In this document: piece after piece, positions 36,229 through 49,397 of the stretch
How positions within the stretch are numbered: the stretch's first letter is position 1
Layout of the letters: each line of letters opens with the position of its first letter
Origin: Octopus bimaculoides
Taxonomy: Eukaryota
NCBI RefSeq assembly: GCF_001194135.2
Contig: NC_068985.1
Location: forward strand, 29,462,864-29,526,863
Length of the DNA stretch: 64,000 nt
Direction of reading: 5' to 3'
The notes under the pieces: generated by a model
What the model was told of the DNA's origin: nothing
Databases searched by the model: none
Seen by the model: only the letters and a program-made list of their open reading frames with translations
Translations under genes and position numbers: made by a program

Positions 36229-36690
36229 AGGCACAGGCATGCTGTGTGGTAAGAAGCTTGCTTCTCAACCATCATAGTTCCAGGTCCAAACTCATTGCAT
36301 GGCACCTTGGTCAAGTGTCTTCTGCTATAACATTGGACTAATCAAAGCCTTGTGAGTGGATTTGGTAGACGGAATATAAAAAAAAAACAGTTTATATATA
36401 TATATATATATAGTGAGAATTTACAAAAGAACATAAGACGAAGATGGGTGTGTAAACAACAAACAGATGTATTAGTTTAATGCTCGGGAAGTGAGAAAGT
36501 CTTTTATGTTTCAAGCCTACGCTCTTCAACAGAAAGGAACACAGAAATAAACAAGGAGGTGCGTGTTTTTGTGTTTGTCCCCACTGGGCTTAAGGAAATA
36601 AGTCCTGGAGTCGATTTGTTCAACTAAAACCATTCAAGCTCATGCTCCAACATGGTCGCAGTCAAATGACTGAAACACGTAAAACATAGA
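36229..36690 (+). mobile_element. SINE family A with internal insertion/deletion
   Basis: Head, CORE-like part, (TA)n and 3' tail are recognisable. Confidence 0.8.
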
Positions 36691-36699
36691 AGATAGAAG

Positions 36700-37446
36700 G
36701 TCTGTGTATTTCTGTCATTGATTAACGAGTTTATTTATGTTCATACAATAAAACTCTAAATGTTTTGATATTGGGAAATCTCAAGTCAGTGAGCTTCTGC
36801 AGTGTCATCCTGGCAACATGTGGCCACGCATTATCATGAAGCAGACTCGGACCTCATCGATTAACCAGAGCCAGACACATTTTACTTAACTGAACATGCA
36901 TTTCATCCAGTTGCTGGCAGTAAATTTTCACAGTGATACTCTGGTTAAATTCCAGAAAGCTGTAATGGACAATGCCAATGGCAAACCGCCACCAGACAGT
37001 CACCATAATCTTCTGTTTATGCAATTTCGATTTTGGAAAGCCATTGAGCAGATCATTTATGATTGTCATAAAAGGATGCATTTTTTGTCACAAGTCACTA
37101 TTCGATCAAAAAATGGATTGAGGTCCATAGAAACAGCATTGAACACACTTCAAAGCATTGAACTCACTTCAAAACATCGAACTCTTTGGATTTCACTGAG
37201 TTCATGTGGAATCCATTTATCGAGTTTCTTCATCTTGCCAATTTTCTTGAGATGATCTGATATAGTTGAAATAGTAACACCCATTGCATGAGACATTTCA
37301 CTGATACTTTGATGTGGCTTTTGTTTGATGAGTGTTTTCAGATGCTGGTTGTCAATTGTGGAGGTGAATTTTTTATACAGCTACAATTAAAATAATATAT
37401 TAGAAAAATTGGACTAAAATTGGACGTTATTTTTTGAACAACCTAA
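36700..37446 (-). mobile_element. Internally deleted mariner (DD34D, Hsmar1-like) transposon
   Basis: PKSKLHKQKIMVTVWW...GIVHYSFL...ITVKIYCQQLDEM and LLHDNAWPH motifs; TIR ttaggttgttcaaaaaataacgtc at the right end resembles the Hsmar1-type TTAGGTTGGTGCAAAA. Confidence 0.88.
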
Positions 37447-40400
37447 AAAATATACACACACACACGCATATGTAGACATGCATGTCCACACACGCCCACA
37501 GTATCAATCGTTTATAACCTTAGTTTATATTGTCATTTGTTAAGGACCTTTGAGACTTGTAATATAAACCTTCACCAATCAAAGTTTGCTGACTCCATAA
37601 AGAGATTTATACCTGCTTAACAATGAAAATTAACTACACTGATCTGATGTCTTTGTTTCTGACTATTTTCCTAAGGTTTAAATATAATAGAGGTATCTTT
37701 ATATACTTTTCCAATATCAGATTATACTTAAAAGAAAAATTTTTAGTTACTCTTTTGGAAAATAAAAAGTAAATGTGGCACCTGAAATACAATCAGATAC
37801 ATAGCCATTTACTAACTAAACAATGCAGTTGATGGAATAACCATCTTCAGCAGTGTAATTGAAAGCATGAGGATTTCTTTGGGGTAATCATGAATAACAA
37901 TGAAGAATCACATATAGCCTTTCCCAGAGGACTTTTAGATGAAGATTATTACCAAACTTCAATGGTTTGGTAGTGCAATGGATATCAGCTCTGTGTACTG
38001 AGGATGTCCATTCAGCATCTGCATCACATGTACATTCTAACAGCAAGTCCCATTTATATTTGTTTGTCCATTTTGTATAATATTGTACTACATTGTGTGA
38101 CTTTGTAGGATGATTTTTGTAATTCATTGCAGTTTCAGAAGAAATTATAAAACTGTACAATGACAGGTTGAATGCTTTGCTGTATTTCGTTATGTGCTCC
38201 AGCATTTCGAGTTCAAGTCATGTCTGGATTTACCTTGCTTTTCTTCCTTCCTCTATCTTTAATTAGTGGATTTGTGCCAATATAAGAAATTGTTATTGAA
38301 ATAGCTATTATGCTCTCACTGTGTAATAAGAAAAAAGTCTGAACATTACACAATGTTAGCAGCTACTTAAAAAAATAGAAGAGAGAAAAGTGCTATTAAC
38401 AAAAATATTTAGAAAATAAAGTACATTACATGACTGTATCACACTTTGAAATGGCAACCATTCAATACAAAGTAGATGATATAATGGAGGAGCCAGGAAA
38501 TAAACAGAAGACTATCTTAGATTAAGATCTAATGGTGGTAGGCAGTGACATGCAAAATAAAAACGGTAATGTTACAGCAGCCTCAGCAAAAAGTAAGTTA
38601 TCACAGTACAGTTTTATCAGGTCAATTATCATTCATATTTATTTGCTTATTTTTTTTCCAAAAAACTATTTTACAAAATTTCAAAGCAGAATTTGTCAGA
38701 AAAAATATGTATTGCATTTTATTTAGATTTGGTCTGAGCTCTATCCTACTTTGTTGGGTAAAATGGATTTTAATTTCTAACAAGTAAAAAAATAAAGCAA
38801 ATAAAAACAACAGTTGTTTAAATTACTCTATGATACATTACAAATACATATTCTTTTTAAAAACTATTATTTCCTATCATTTTAGTTTCAATCTTCTTCA
38901 TAACCTTATTTATAATAATTTTAAGCATCGTATACAAGTGTTTAAGAGATGAGACAGAACATTTAGCAGTATAACTCACTGATAAAAATCACCAAGATAA
39001 GATATTTGAAAAGTAGATTCGATTTAAAGTATTGAGAATTAATATTTCCAAGGTTAATGGTTAACTTAGCCTTTCATCTTCCAGAGTTGATAAGTTAAAT
39101 ATCAACGGTATATTAGGTCAAGTGGATCAAACTCGTATTTAATTCATTGAGTTTCTGATCACACCTCCAAACACATTATGATTTATCAACACCACCATAG
39201 CAAAAATGTGTTCAATAAGAAATAACTATAGCTATTGAATAACTATAGCAGAAATATTGTTAGAATAGTTGAAAATAGACAATTTCTCAACAATAGCAAC
39301 AAAAAAATATTTAGAAAACTGTGAATATTTTCTGTTTTTTCTTATCTTGACTAGGCCACTGTTACACATCACAACTTGCAAAAGGAAATATGTAGAGAAC
39401 CTCTTGAAATAGATCACTGAGAAAGCTTATTAGTGTTTTTATAACTTCATTTCAATACTTTTCTGGCTTCCCTAAAAGTGCTAAAAGTGCCACCATCCAA
39501 TATGTCTCCTCAATTTCTCATTATTCTTACTTCCTAATCCAACATATTGTTAATCATATATCCATTTACATGAATAAATGCAAGTAAAGCTTAATATCCA
39601 CTTATCTCTTACATTAACATAGTTATGGTTACAGAGCCAGAAACTTCGCAACACAATAGATTTCTCCAAATATCAAAATCAAAATCCTGATAAGTAAACT
39701 GTGAGGCATTCAAGTATCACAGCTCAATGATACCAATTATACACGTCAACTAGTTTTCTTAGTTTGAAAATTTCTCTATAGTCTATGATTAAGTTAAGCT
39801 GACCATTTTTAGCAACACTTAACACACCATGAGTAATAGCTAGCCATTTCTTCTTCCTTCAGGTTCAGAAACATCTGTACATTTGATTCATGTTATATAT
39901 CATTAACTTGATGCATAAACATGAGTCAATTTGTTATGACAAGGTGTGAAAAAGACTATTTGTATAATCTTGCATTAGCAAGATTTAACAGTTAAATATT
40001 TAAGGAAACAGTTTCAGTTCCATATAACAGAGTAGGTTCAATACAGAAATTTATGCATTTACAAACTAGTGCAATATGAAGGTTTGAGAAATTATTGAGT
40101 GACATATTTCACTGTTAAAATTCCATAGATATTTCTAGGATGTTGTGCAATCAATTTCAATTATATTAAATATACAATTAAATGCAATAATTTTTCAAGT
40201 CTAAAAGTAGAATGAACAAATACATTCTTACAATGGCTGTATGGTTGTTTAAAAATGTTTCTAAAATGTTGCTCAAAAAAAAAAAAAAAAATTCAAAATA
40301 GGAAAATAAATAATATAGTACTTATGCAAAACAAATGTTAAATATTAGTTTCTTTGAAGCAGATAGAAAGTTCAGTGTTTTGTGAGGAGAGCTACATAGT

Positions 40401-40620
40401 CAAATGAATCAACCTCAATATATTACTTCTATTGTATGGCTGTTAAGAGATGCAAAGTGAAGTCTGCTATGGCAGAATTTGAAAACACAATGTAAAGGGA
40501 GCAGAGTTTAAAATACAAAAAGAAGGCATCAAGTCTAGCACACTTCCAAGTATGACAGCAATAATAGTTATTACTATCAATAAATAGTAAATGTTATACA
40601 AGCCACTTGTTTTCACACTG

Positions 40621-40659
<39 letters not shown>

Positions 40660-40865
40660 GCTCCCAAGAAAAAAGGGTCCGTACATCAGTAACACCCTTG
40701 TGATCTTGAAAAAGAGCTAAACATATTACTTTCCCCCTGAAACATCTTAGTTCAATACTTATTTAAGGAACAATTATTTCTTTCTCACTGAGACCTTATC
40801 AGAACTAACACCATGTCTATCAATTGCATATGTCTCTCTAAAAGTACATTTCAAAGTGTGTGTGT

Positions 40866-40903
<38 letters not shown>

Positions 40904-41749
40904 ACACACACACTCATGGATGCATACACATAAGATGAGAATGTAGCATTTTCTTATGGATTGTCTACACTTTGTAATTTCTTTGTTTTCTGAATTTGTT
41001 GAGGTATACATAGGAATACTTTAGAAAATAGGTTTGAAATGAGTAATAGCTTCCTTTGCTTATTCTGTCATAAATCAGAGAATTTCTATAAGAATTTTAA
41101 CTTTAAGATGCAATAAGGTTAAGAGCTTATACTCTCAATATACTGCAATATATTATTCATGCATATTTTATCAATGTTGAATGGATAAAAGGACAGACTC
41201 ATCTGGATACTGTAGCACATTTAATCTGGCACTCAAACCATTGTTGCAACTCTTACACATTTATTAATTAATGGTGGTATGGTAAGAGCAAGGGAGTGAC
41301 AGAAACAAGAGAATGTCAAACAAAATGTGCCATGTAGTATTTAGTCATATCTAAGTTGAAGCCTATGAGCACTGACTTTGCCTTCCACCGACTAGTACCA
41401 TTAAACAAAGTAGTCAAGTTCTATGATCAGTTTAATTTATTATACTCCTTCCAATTGTAGCTTTGTATCAAGATTTAAAAACAATAGAGTGATACTCCAA
41501 TTACCACAGATTAGAATACTGTGGTTCCTAATTTTAAGTGATCAGTAGATGATCCTCAGAATTCAAAAGTTGTGCAAATGAACCTAATTTGCAGCAGTGT
41601 ATGGTATATAAATGAAATGAGAAATAATGTTGTGTGGCATATTTTCATAGAGCACACATACCACCTAGATATGCACTGTATGATATCAACAACTAGTTAG
41701 CTTCATTATTTCTGTTGTCTACAAATAAGTTATATTTTTCACACACATA

Positions 41750-42330
41750 TATATTCAGGCCCTCAGTTTATTAGCATAAGTTCTGAATGAGAGAGCAACC
41801 TTATTAATGTGGTGAAAGTGATGAGAAGAATAGCAATAATTAGCAAACATGAAAGTGGTATTACCAAAGCTAAACTAGGCTGGCAGCAACCTACCAATAA
41901 ATCACTGGTACATGATATAATTCAGAACTTGAAACTTACAAAGAACAATTACAAAGAGTCATGTCATAATCAAAATTCCAGACAAGAAAACAAAGTACTA
42001 CAATAAGTGAAATGGAATATCTTGGATTGGAGATTGCAATCAAAACCATATCCAGCAAGTTAAATACGCATCAAAACAAAAGCTATAAGTCTGTTTGTAG
42101 CAATCCAAAGAAAATAGAGAAAACAAATCAGAAGGGCAAACTAACAAAATATTTTCTGTAAGGCCTGGACAATTTTATATGTTTAGAAAACAGATTAAAG
42201 CAGATGTTTAGGATTATAGGGCAAAGTACAAGTGTGGACTAAGCTGGAGCAACCAGACACCCTGCAGAAACATTTTTGGAGATGGTGATTTATGATGGTG
42301 AATACAGAACAAATGAAGCTGAGATGTAGA
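41750..42330 (+). mobile_element. Decayed pogo/Tigger-like transposase fragment
   Basis: Frameshifted matches to the CENP-B-type HTH region (IISKHESGITKAK; EME..WIGDCNQ..I..KTKAISLF) and a VDE-like first catalytic motif near 42320. Confidence 0.55.
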
Positions 42331-43651
42331 TGAAAAAATTCTCAACTAAAAGACACAATACTATTTTTAGAATTTCTGAAGATGAAAAGCAGATGATAAT
42401 GGATGCAGATGTGAATGTAAGAAAATTATGCAAGTCAGAAAACAAGTTGAAAATGCACTCGGCTGCAATAAAGTTATGCACAAAGAGATGAAAGAAAAAT
42501 CAACACAAACACCCCTTTTACAATATTTTAAAAATCAATAAAAACATATTCTTTTAAATACACTGATGCAAGTGAATAAACTTATACAAATGTAAAATTG
42601 CTTCCAATTTATATATTTCTTTCTTATTTTATAACTATTTTCATAAGTCCCCCAACCCCATATTTTGAAAAATTAAAAATTTAGTATTTTTCAAAGTCTA
42701 GACATGAATTGATGATTTTTATATGCATTTATGCTTCGAATACTGTGATGGTAATCAAGGTATCCTTATATTTGCTTTTTATTCTCCTGGTGTCAAAAGA
42801 ATAAGTATCAGTTAAGTACATGAGTTGATTTAATTACTTAGATTTCCCCATAAAATACTGGTTGCGTGCCAAAGTTAAAAATTATCATCATGATCATTAT
42901 CATTTGTAGTTCGCAAGTTTGGATATGAGATGAGAAGAAGAATGTGACATTTCAGCACAGATACTTTGAAAGAAAATTTTGTTCAACTATTAAATATTGT
43001 TTTGTTTTCCATAGTTTTATGTGTGTCTTTTACTGACTCATGCCTCTGTATTTCTAAATTATATGGTATACCAATTTTTCAAGGGTCAAAATATTTGAGT
43101 TACCTCTATTTTGTATTGCAATGGGCTTCATTTGTCATTTGTGTTATTTTGCTGTTGCTCTGGTTTATGGTGAAAATTTATATCCAGTTGTGGTTTGTGT
43201 GGAATATGTAGTGTGAGGGTTGTGTTACTGAACTGAACGTGGTTAGTGGTTTGTATACCAGGTGTGATGTACATAGTTGTACATTTTTTTTTGGGGGGGG
43301 GGGTTCTGATGGAACTATTTCATCAAGTCAGTCATGGTATAGTGCTTCTATTTATGTTCTTTTAATTATCATACTCAGTTCATCGATACCATTTTTACTC
43401 TTCCACCTACTACATCTTCTATATTTCCATTTCAAAGTCCTTGCATTTTGATAACTTTGAGGCAACATTTTAGGCCAGAAACAATAGAGATATATGATTA
43501 TCAAAATACATAGGTTTTTCTTCATATTTAATTTATGATACTCAGAAATTTTCTTTGATGACCTTGTCAATATGGAGAGGCACATTTCCAAATAACATAG
43601 CGTTGTCATAATGCTATTCATTTGCGGTTTTAATGTTTAAGTGTTTAATAT

Positions 43652-44060
43652 AGGCACAGGAGTGGCTGTGTGGTAAGTAGCTTCCTTACCAACCACATGG
43701 TTCTGGGTTCATTCCCACTGCGTGGCACCTTAGGAAAGTGTTTCTACTATAGCCTTGGGCCGACCAAAGCCTTGTGAATGGATTTGATTGACAGAAACTG
43801 AAAGAAGCCCATCGTATATATGTATGTATATATGTATGTGTGTGTATATGTTTGTTTGTCTGTGTTTGTCCCCCCAACATCGTTTGACAACTGATGGTGG
43901 TGTGTTTACGTCCCCGTAACTTAGCGGTTCAGCAAAAGAGACTGATAGAATAAGTACTATGCTTCCAAAGAATAAGTCCTGGGGTCGATTTGCTCAACTA
44001 AAGGCGGTGCTCCAGCATGGCCGCAGTCAAATGACTGAAACAAGTAAAAGAGTAAAAGAG
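43652..44060 (+). mobile_element. SINE family A, full length, low divergence
   Basis: aggcacaggagtggctgtgtggtaagtagc...ggttcattcccactgcgtggcacc...caagtaaaagagtaaaagag. Confidence 0.95.
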
Positions 44061-44069
44061 TGTCTACAT

Positions 44070-44490
44070 ACATCCCATTTGATCCAGTTGCCCATATGCA
44101 TATGCCCGCTGGTTTATTTTGCATGTAGCGATCAGAATGATCCCTTTTATGATACCCTTCTACAGGCTACCTTAAAGATGAGTAGCAATGACCTCATCTT
44201 TGCGGCTGGAGAGTTTAATGGGCATGTCGGATGGCAATCCGGTATCTTCCATGGTGTTCACGAGGGCCATGGAAATGGTTCCCGAAACGAAGAGGGAACT
44301 AGGCTACTGGAGTTCTGTGATGCATGCAACCTATTAATCTGCAACACTAACTTCAGGAAGCCAGACAGCCACCTGATCACCTATCAATCAGGCAACTCTA
44401 CTAGCCAGATTGATTTCATCCCCACCAGACAGCAGGATGCAAGGTTGGTTTTAAATACAAAGACCCTCCCTGGTGAAGAATGTACCCCAC
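44070..44490 (+). mobile_element. RTE LINE apurinic-endonuclease fragment
   Basis: AGEFNGHVG...HGNGSRNEEGTRLLEFCDACNLLICNTNFRKPDSHLITYQSGNSTSQIDFI are APE motifs of RTE elements. Confidence 0.9.
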
Positions 44491-44569
44491 CAGCACAGAC
44501 TACTAGTGCTCATCATTACCATCATTTAATATACATTTTTTTTATGGGTCAGATGGAATTTTTTGATGC

Positions 44570-44880
44570 AGATTCTCTATAGCGAGATGACCTTTTTGTT
44601 GCCAACTCTCATCTGTTTCTAAGCAAGGTAATATTTTCTCATAGCTAGATATATGCTTGTATGATGATGATTTTCATTTACTACCATCATGTAATGTCTA
44701 GACAAGGATACACACAAACACACACACACAATGTGCGTCATTCAATTTCTGTCTACAAAATCCACTCACAATGATTTGATCAGCTTGGGGGCTATAATAG
44801 AAGACTCTTACCCACAGTACAACAAAATGGGACAGAACACAAGTCTACATGATTGGGAAGCAAGCTTCTTTACCACTGTG
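44570..44880 (-). mobile_element. SINE A2 (family A head + alternative body)
   Basis: A-type head and CORE-like part at 44740-44880, (CA)n, then a body similar to 29440-29670. Confidence 0.7.
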
Positions 44881-45049
44881 CATGTGCATTGAGTTTATAA
44901 AGATTATTCCGGACATTGTCTAAATATCTTCTCTCTTACATAATGGAATTGAAATCCCTGTTTTATTGAATAGTTCAACACTGTAACATGGTTTCAGAAC
45001 TTGACTAGACCTATCACTTCATTTGCATTACTAACTTCCTCCTAGGACA

Positions 45050-45840
45050 GTGGATTGGCAGAATTGTTAGAGTATTGGGCAAAATACTTTGTGGTATCTC
45101 TTCCAACTCTTTACATTATGGGTTCATATCACACCAAGATCAACTTTGCTTTTCATCCTTTCAGAGTAGATAATATAAAGTAACAGCTGAGTACTGGGAT
45201 CAATGGTATCAAGTAATACCCTTCCCATAAAAACTACTGACCATGCACCTACATTAAAAGCAATTATTATCTACATCCAAAAAAGGTTTCAATATCACAA
45301 TTCTCCAATTATTCTTTTCCAAAAACAAATCTTTGTGTTTGGGTTTGTGTAAGAAAATTATTATTCATAGAAGTTTTATTATTTATAAATATTATTCTGG
45401 CAAAGGCAGAGAGCTAGCAAAATTGTTAGCATACCAGGCAAAGTGCAAGCATCCTTTTGTCTGTCTTTATGTTCTGAGTTCAAATTCCACTAAGGTCAAC
45501 TTTGCCTTTCATTCTTTCAGAGTCGATAAAATAAGTAACAGTTGAGTCCTAGGGTTGATATAGTCGACTTGCCCACTCCCTGAAATTGCTGGCTTAGTGC
45601 CAAAATTTGAAACCAATATTAATCTGGCAGAGGCGGTAAGCTGGCAGAATCGTTAGCACACCAGACAAAATGCTTAGCAGCATTTTATGTTCTGAGTTCA
45701 ATTTCTGCCATGGTCGACTTTGCCTTTCATCCTTTGGGGGTTGATAAAATAAGTACCAGTTGAACACTAGGATCAATGTAAATGACTTACCCCCTCCTCC
45801 AAAATTCCTGGTCTTGTTCCAAAACTTGAAACCAATATTA
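45050..45840 (+). mobile_element. Cluster of three same-strand SINE family B copies (45050-45260, 45405-45610, 45630-45840)
   Basis: Each has ggcaga...gttagc, ttcatcctt..gg..gataa.ataagta and the 3' end; the 45630 copy starts aggcggtaagctggcagaatcgttagcac. Confidence 0.9.
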
Positions 45841-45889
45841 TTCTGGCAAGTAAGTTCCTTGCTATCAGAGTTTGTAATTTGATTCTTAC

Positions 45890-45917
45890 TAGGTATTGTT
45901 CCACTTATTTTCATCTC
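45890..45917 (-). CDS. Candidate 28-nt exon GAGATGAAAATAAGTGGAACAATACCTA
   Basis: gttacttttcccag|exon|gtaaga; the paralogous site near 48575-48605 has lost the GT. Signals only. Confidence 0.2.
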
Positions 45918-46237
45918 CTGGGAAAAGTAACTATTTCAGAACTTTTCATATTCTCTCTTGAGTTATAATCCCTTCGAAATCTTAGAACTATAAGCAAGTT
46001 ATTACTGTTATTATTATCACTTCTTTTGGCAGTAAATGACGGAGAGAAGCAGACAAATTTATTTGTGGTATTTAGTTACATTCCTTTAAATTCTAAGTTC
46101 AAATCCTTCCAGGGGAAGAATTAAGTAGGAATCACTCAAATATTGAGGTAAATGTAAATAGCTGTGCTCTCCTTCACATACAGTGATATAACAGTGTTAG
46201 AAATCATTATCATCACCCAGTTCTCATAAGAATTCAC

Positions 46238-46258
46238 ATGTTGACCAAGAATAGAATT
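46238..46258 (-). CDS. Candidate 21-nt microexon copy 2 (AATTCTATTCTTGGTCAACAT)
   Basis: ttttaacttgagacatatgcctttaattag|exon|gtgaat. Confidence 0.25.
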
Positions 46259-46589
46259 CTAATTAAAGGCATATGTCTCAAGTTAAAACATATCCACACT
46301 AGACATTTTCAAAGAATACTGGAAAGTACATTTAGGAAGTTCTCTGTTAATCTTATTTCTTGCAATGAATCCAGTTATAACCTTCACTCCTTTTTCTTTT
46401 TTCGTTTTTCTTTTTTGTGTGTCAAGAAATTCAGTTACAACTGTGTTTTTGACACAAAGTTTAGTTATAATTTTATCTGGGTTGAGTTTTTGTTATTATT
46501 AAGAGAGCACTAGATTGCAGGATCAGTAAATATAATAAATAACAGAGAAAATATTTTGTCATATTAGTTACATATGTAGTATTAGTTTC

Positions 46590-46915
46590 ATATGCTGATG
46601 CCACATATAAAGCACCTGTGTGGGCACCACATAAAAAGCACCCAAGCTGGTGCCAAGTGAAAAGCACCCGTGCTGGCACCACATAATAAGTTCCTGTGCT
46701 GGTGCTACATAAAAAGCATCCAGTACACTCTATAAAGTGGTTTTCATTAAGAAGAGGATGCAGCTGCGGAGACCATGTCAAAACAGACAATTGGAGCCTG
46801 ATGTGGCTCTTCAACTTATCAGCTCCTGTCAAACCGTCCAACCCATGCCAGCATGGAAAACAGACCATAAATGATGATGATGATGATGACAATAATGATG
46901 ATCATGATCATGATG
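46590..46915 (+). mobile_element. SINE family C with internal module array and (GAT)n tail
   Basis: gctggtgcca...aaaagcacc modules at 46595-46720, then the standard 3' end. Confidence 0.8.
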
Positions 46916-47069
46916 TCCCAAGTTCAAACTCCACTAGGGTTAACTTAGCCTTTCCTCCTGCCAGAATCAATAAACCAAATGCCAGACATGTACTAGGGTT
47001 GACTGAAGCAACTTGGCATACATCATTCATGTTTTTACAGCGACAATCACAGCATTGTGTATGAACTGT

Positions 47070-47400
47070 TTACCTTTTACTTGTTTGAATCACTGGACTG
47101 CAGCCATGCTGGGCCACTGCCTAGGAGGATTTATCTGAATAAATCAATCCCACTACTTAATTTTAGATGCAATACTTATTCTATCAGTCTTTTTTGCCAA
47201 ACTGCTAAGTTACAGGGATTTGAACAAATCAAGACCAGTCATCAAGTGGGGACAAACACACAGGCATACACACACACATATACAACAGGCTTCCACACAA
47301 TTTCCATCCACCAAATTCACTCACAAGGCATTGATTGACTAAGACTCGTAGTAGAAGACACTTGTCCAAGGTAGGACTGAACCAAAAACCATGTGGTTAT
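47070..47400 (-). mobile_element. SINE family A, decayed
   Basis: Reverse-strand tail, body and partial head. Confidence 0.8.
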
Positions 47401-47419
47401 AATGCAAGGACATTTTAGA

Positions 47420-48175
47420 ATAATCATTATTCCTTCATAACACAGTGTTGGTAAAAAGGCACCGGAGTCTTTAGTCATCTGTCAAGTCACAAGGACTTCA
47501 GACAGATAATACTTTCCTTAAGATGTGTGCTGTGCCCAATAAGGCTGCTTTTGGGATTTCCGGTTGCCTTAAGAAGTCTTGAAGTTTCAATGGGATTGAG
47601 CCCAATGCTCTGATCACCACTTTTACATTACCCTCTCGCATTCCATACAGTCTTACCATTTCCACTTTCAATTCGGAGTACTTGGTGATTTTTTTCAACC
47701 ACTTTACTCACAACATTCATGTCATTTGGCATGGCTACATCAATGATCTGACAGTATTTGTCTCTCTTATTCTATATGACAATATCTGGCCGACGGTGTT
47801 CGATTACATGATCCGTCTGAAAATCATAGTCCCAGAGTGTCGTTACTTCTCCATCCTCCTGCAAAACTTTACTTGGTACATACTCATACCAGTTCTATGT
47901 TACTTCATATTGGCATTTACGGCATAAGAGCCAATGAAGACACAAACATTTTCTCATGGCGCCGCTTGCATTCTTTTTGTGCAAGGCTCTCACATCCACT
48001 TACCAAGTGGGTCACATTTTCCACACTCTTTCCACAGAGTTTGTATTTCTGGGTGTCAGAAGTTTTATAGATGTTATACTTCACTGCATTGGTACCAAGA
48101 GTCTGGTCTTGTGCAGCAATGATCAGGCTTTTGGTGGTATGCTTCAAATCACATCACTATTCATACTGTAAGGAT
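47420..48175 (-). mobile_element. 3' fragment of an RLE-type non-LTR retrotransposon (R4/Dong-like)
   Basis: LIIAAQDQTL, zinc-knuckle region KLCGKSVENVTHLVSGC, QTDHVIEHRRPDIV...IIDVA restriction-like endonuclease motif and C-terminus KAALLGTAHILRKVLSV*. Confidence 0.88.
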
Positions 48176-48699
48176 AACTGTGCTGGTGCAAAAAGTAACA
48201 AAATATAAGATATTTTTGAGTAACTATTTCATTCAGAAAGGCTCCTCTGAAGTCAATAAAAAATATTAAGATACTGGAATGGATTTTATTGACTACAATC
48301 CTTTCTCTTCGGTAATATTTATTGAGTAGAAATAAAATCCAGAGATTCTATTCTGTACCCTGGTTTCAATACTTGGTTAGAGACCTATCACTACAAGTAC
48401 ATTATCAAAATCTCTTAAAAGGTTTCAATATCATAATTCCTTATCCATTCCTTTCCTAAAAAATATCTTTGGCTTTATGCTAACGTAAAAATAATCTAAT
48501 CCATAATAGTATTATCAATTACTACCATTACTCTGACAAATAAGTTTTCAGGTACTACAGTTTTGAAATTTGATTCTTAGTAAGGAATATTCTACTTATA
48601 TTTCTCTCTTGGGAAAAGTAAGCACTTTAAATTTTTTATAAAGCTTCCTCTATAAATCTTAGTAGTATCAGTAAATTATTACTTTTGACAGAAGACTGG

Positions 48700-48870
48700 T
48701 AAGAACATTAAAGCATTGGATAAAATGTCTTATAGTATTTAGCTATGACCCTTTGCTTTCTGTGTACAGATCTTGAATTCAAGGTCAACTTAGCCTTTTA
48801 TCATTCTGGAATCAATAAAATAAAGTACCAGTTCAAGTACTGGTGTCAATATAATCAACTGCGTGTTAAC
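48700..48870 (+). mobile_element. SINE family B, decayed
   Basis: gttgaattcaaggtcaacttagccttttatcattctggaatcaataaaataaagtaccagtt-like core. Confidence 0.65.
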
Positions 48871-49376
48871 AAATTTTACATTGTAACTGAGTGATTTCAA
48901 GTTCCATCTGACCATGTACCGCATCATATACATGCATATGTGTGTGTTTATATATGTATATGTGTGTTTGTGCATAAATGTTTATTTGCACATGTCTTCA
49001 CCGGACACTGTTTTGGCAACAGGAAGGGCATCCAACCAAAGAATACTGTCTCAATTAAGTTATCCAATTTATGTCATTATAGAAGACTGGATGTTAAAAG
49101 ATGATGATGATGACAACAATGTACCTATGCTAAAAATCATCATTATTATCATGTTATTTCCTGGTTACAACACACAGCATAACTAGTACAAGGGCAGGTA
49201 AAATGCCTTGTAGTATTTAGCTACATACATTTATGTTTTCAGTTCAAATCCTTCAATAAAGTAGTGGTACACAAATACTGGGATCAATTTAATCAGCTGT
49301 TACCTCCTCCCTAATATGTGGCCTTGTGATAATGTTAGAAATCATTATTTATCACATAATTCTCATGGGAATTCAC

Positions 49377-49397
49377 ATGTTGACCCAGATTAGGATA
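49377..49397 (-). CDS. Candidate 21-nt microexon copy 1 (TATCCTAATCTGGGTCAACAT)
   Basis: ttttaacttgagacatctgcctctaattag|exon|gtgaat. Confidence 0.25.

Noticed and set aside
39355-39420. Plus-strand acceptor followed by ATVTHHNLQKEICREPLEIDH*
   Set aside because: Good acceptor but stops in all frames, no donor and no partner exon on the + strand.
43652-43730. tRNA-like sequences with A and B boxes (also in the other family A and B heads)
   Set aside because: They are SINE heads continuous with SINE bodies; no complete cloverleaf.
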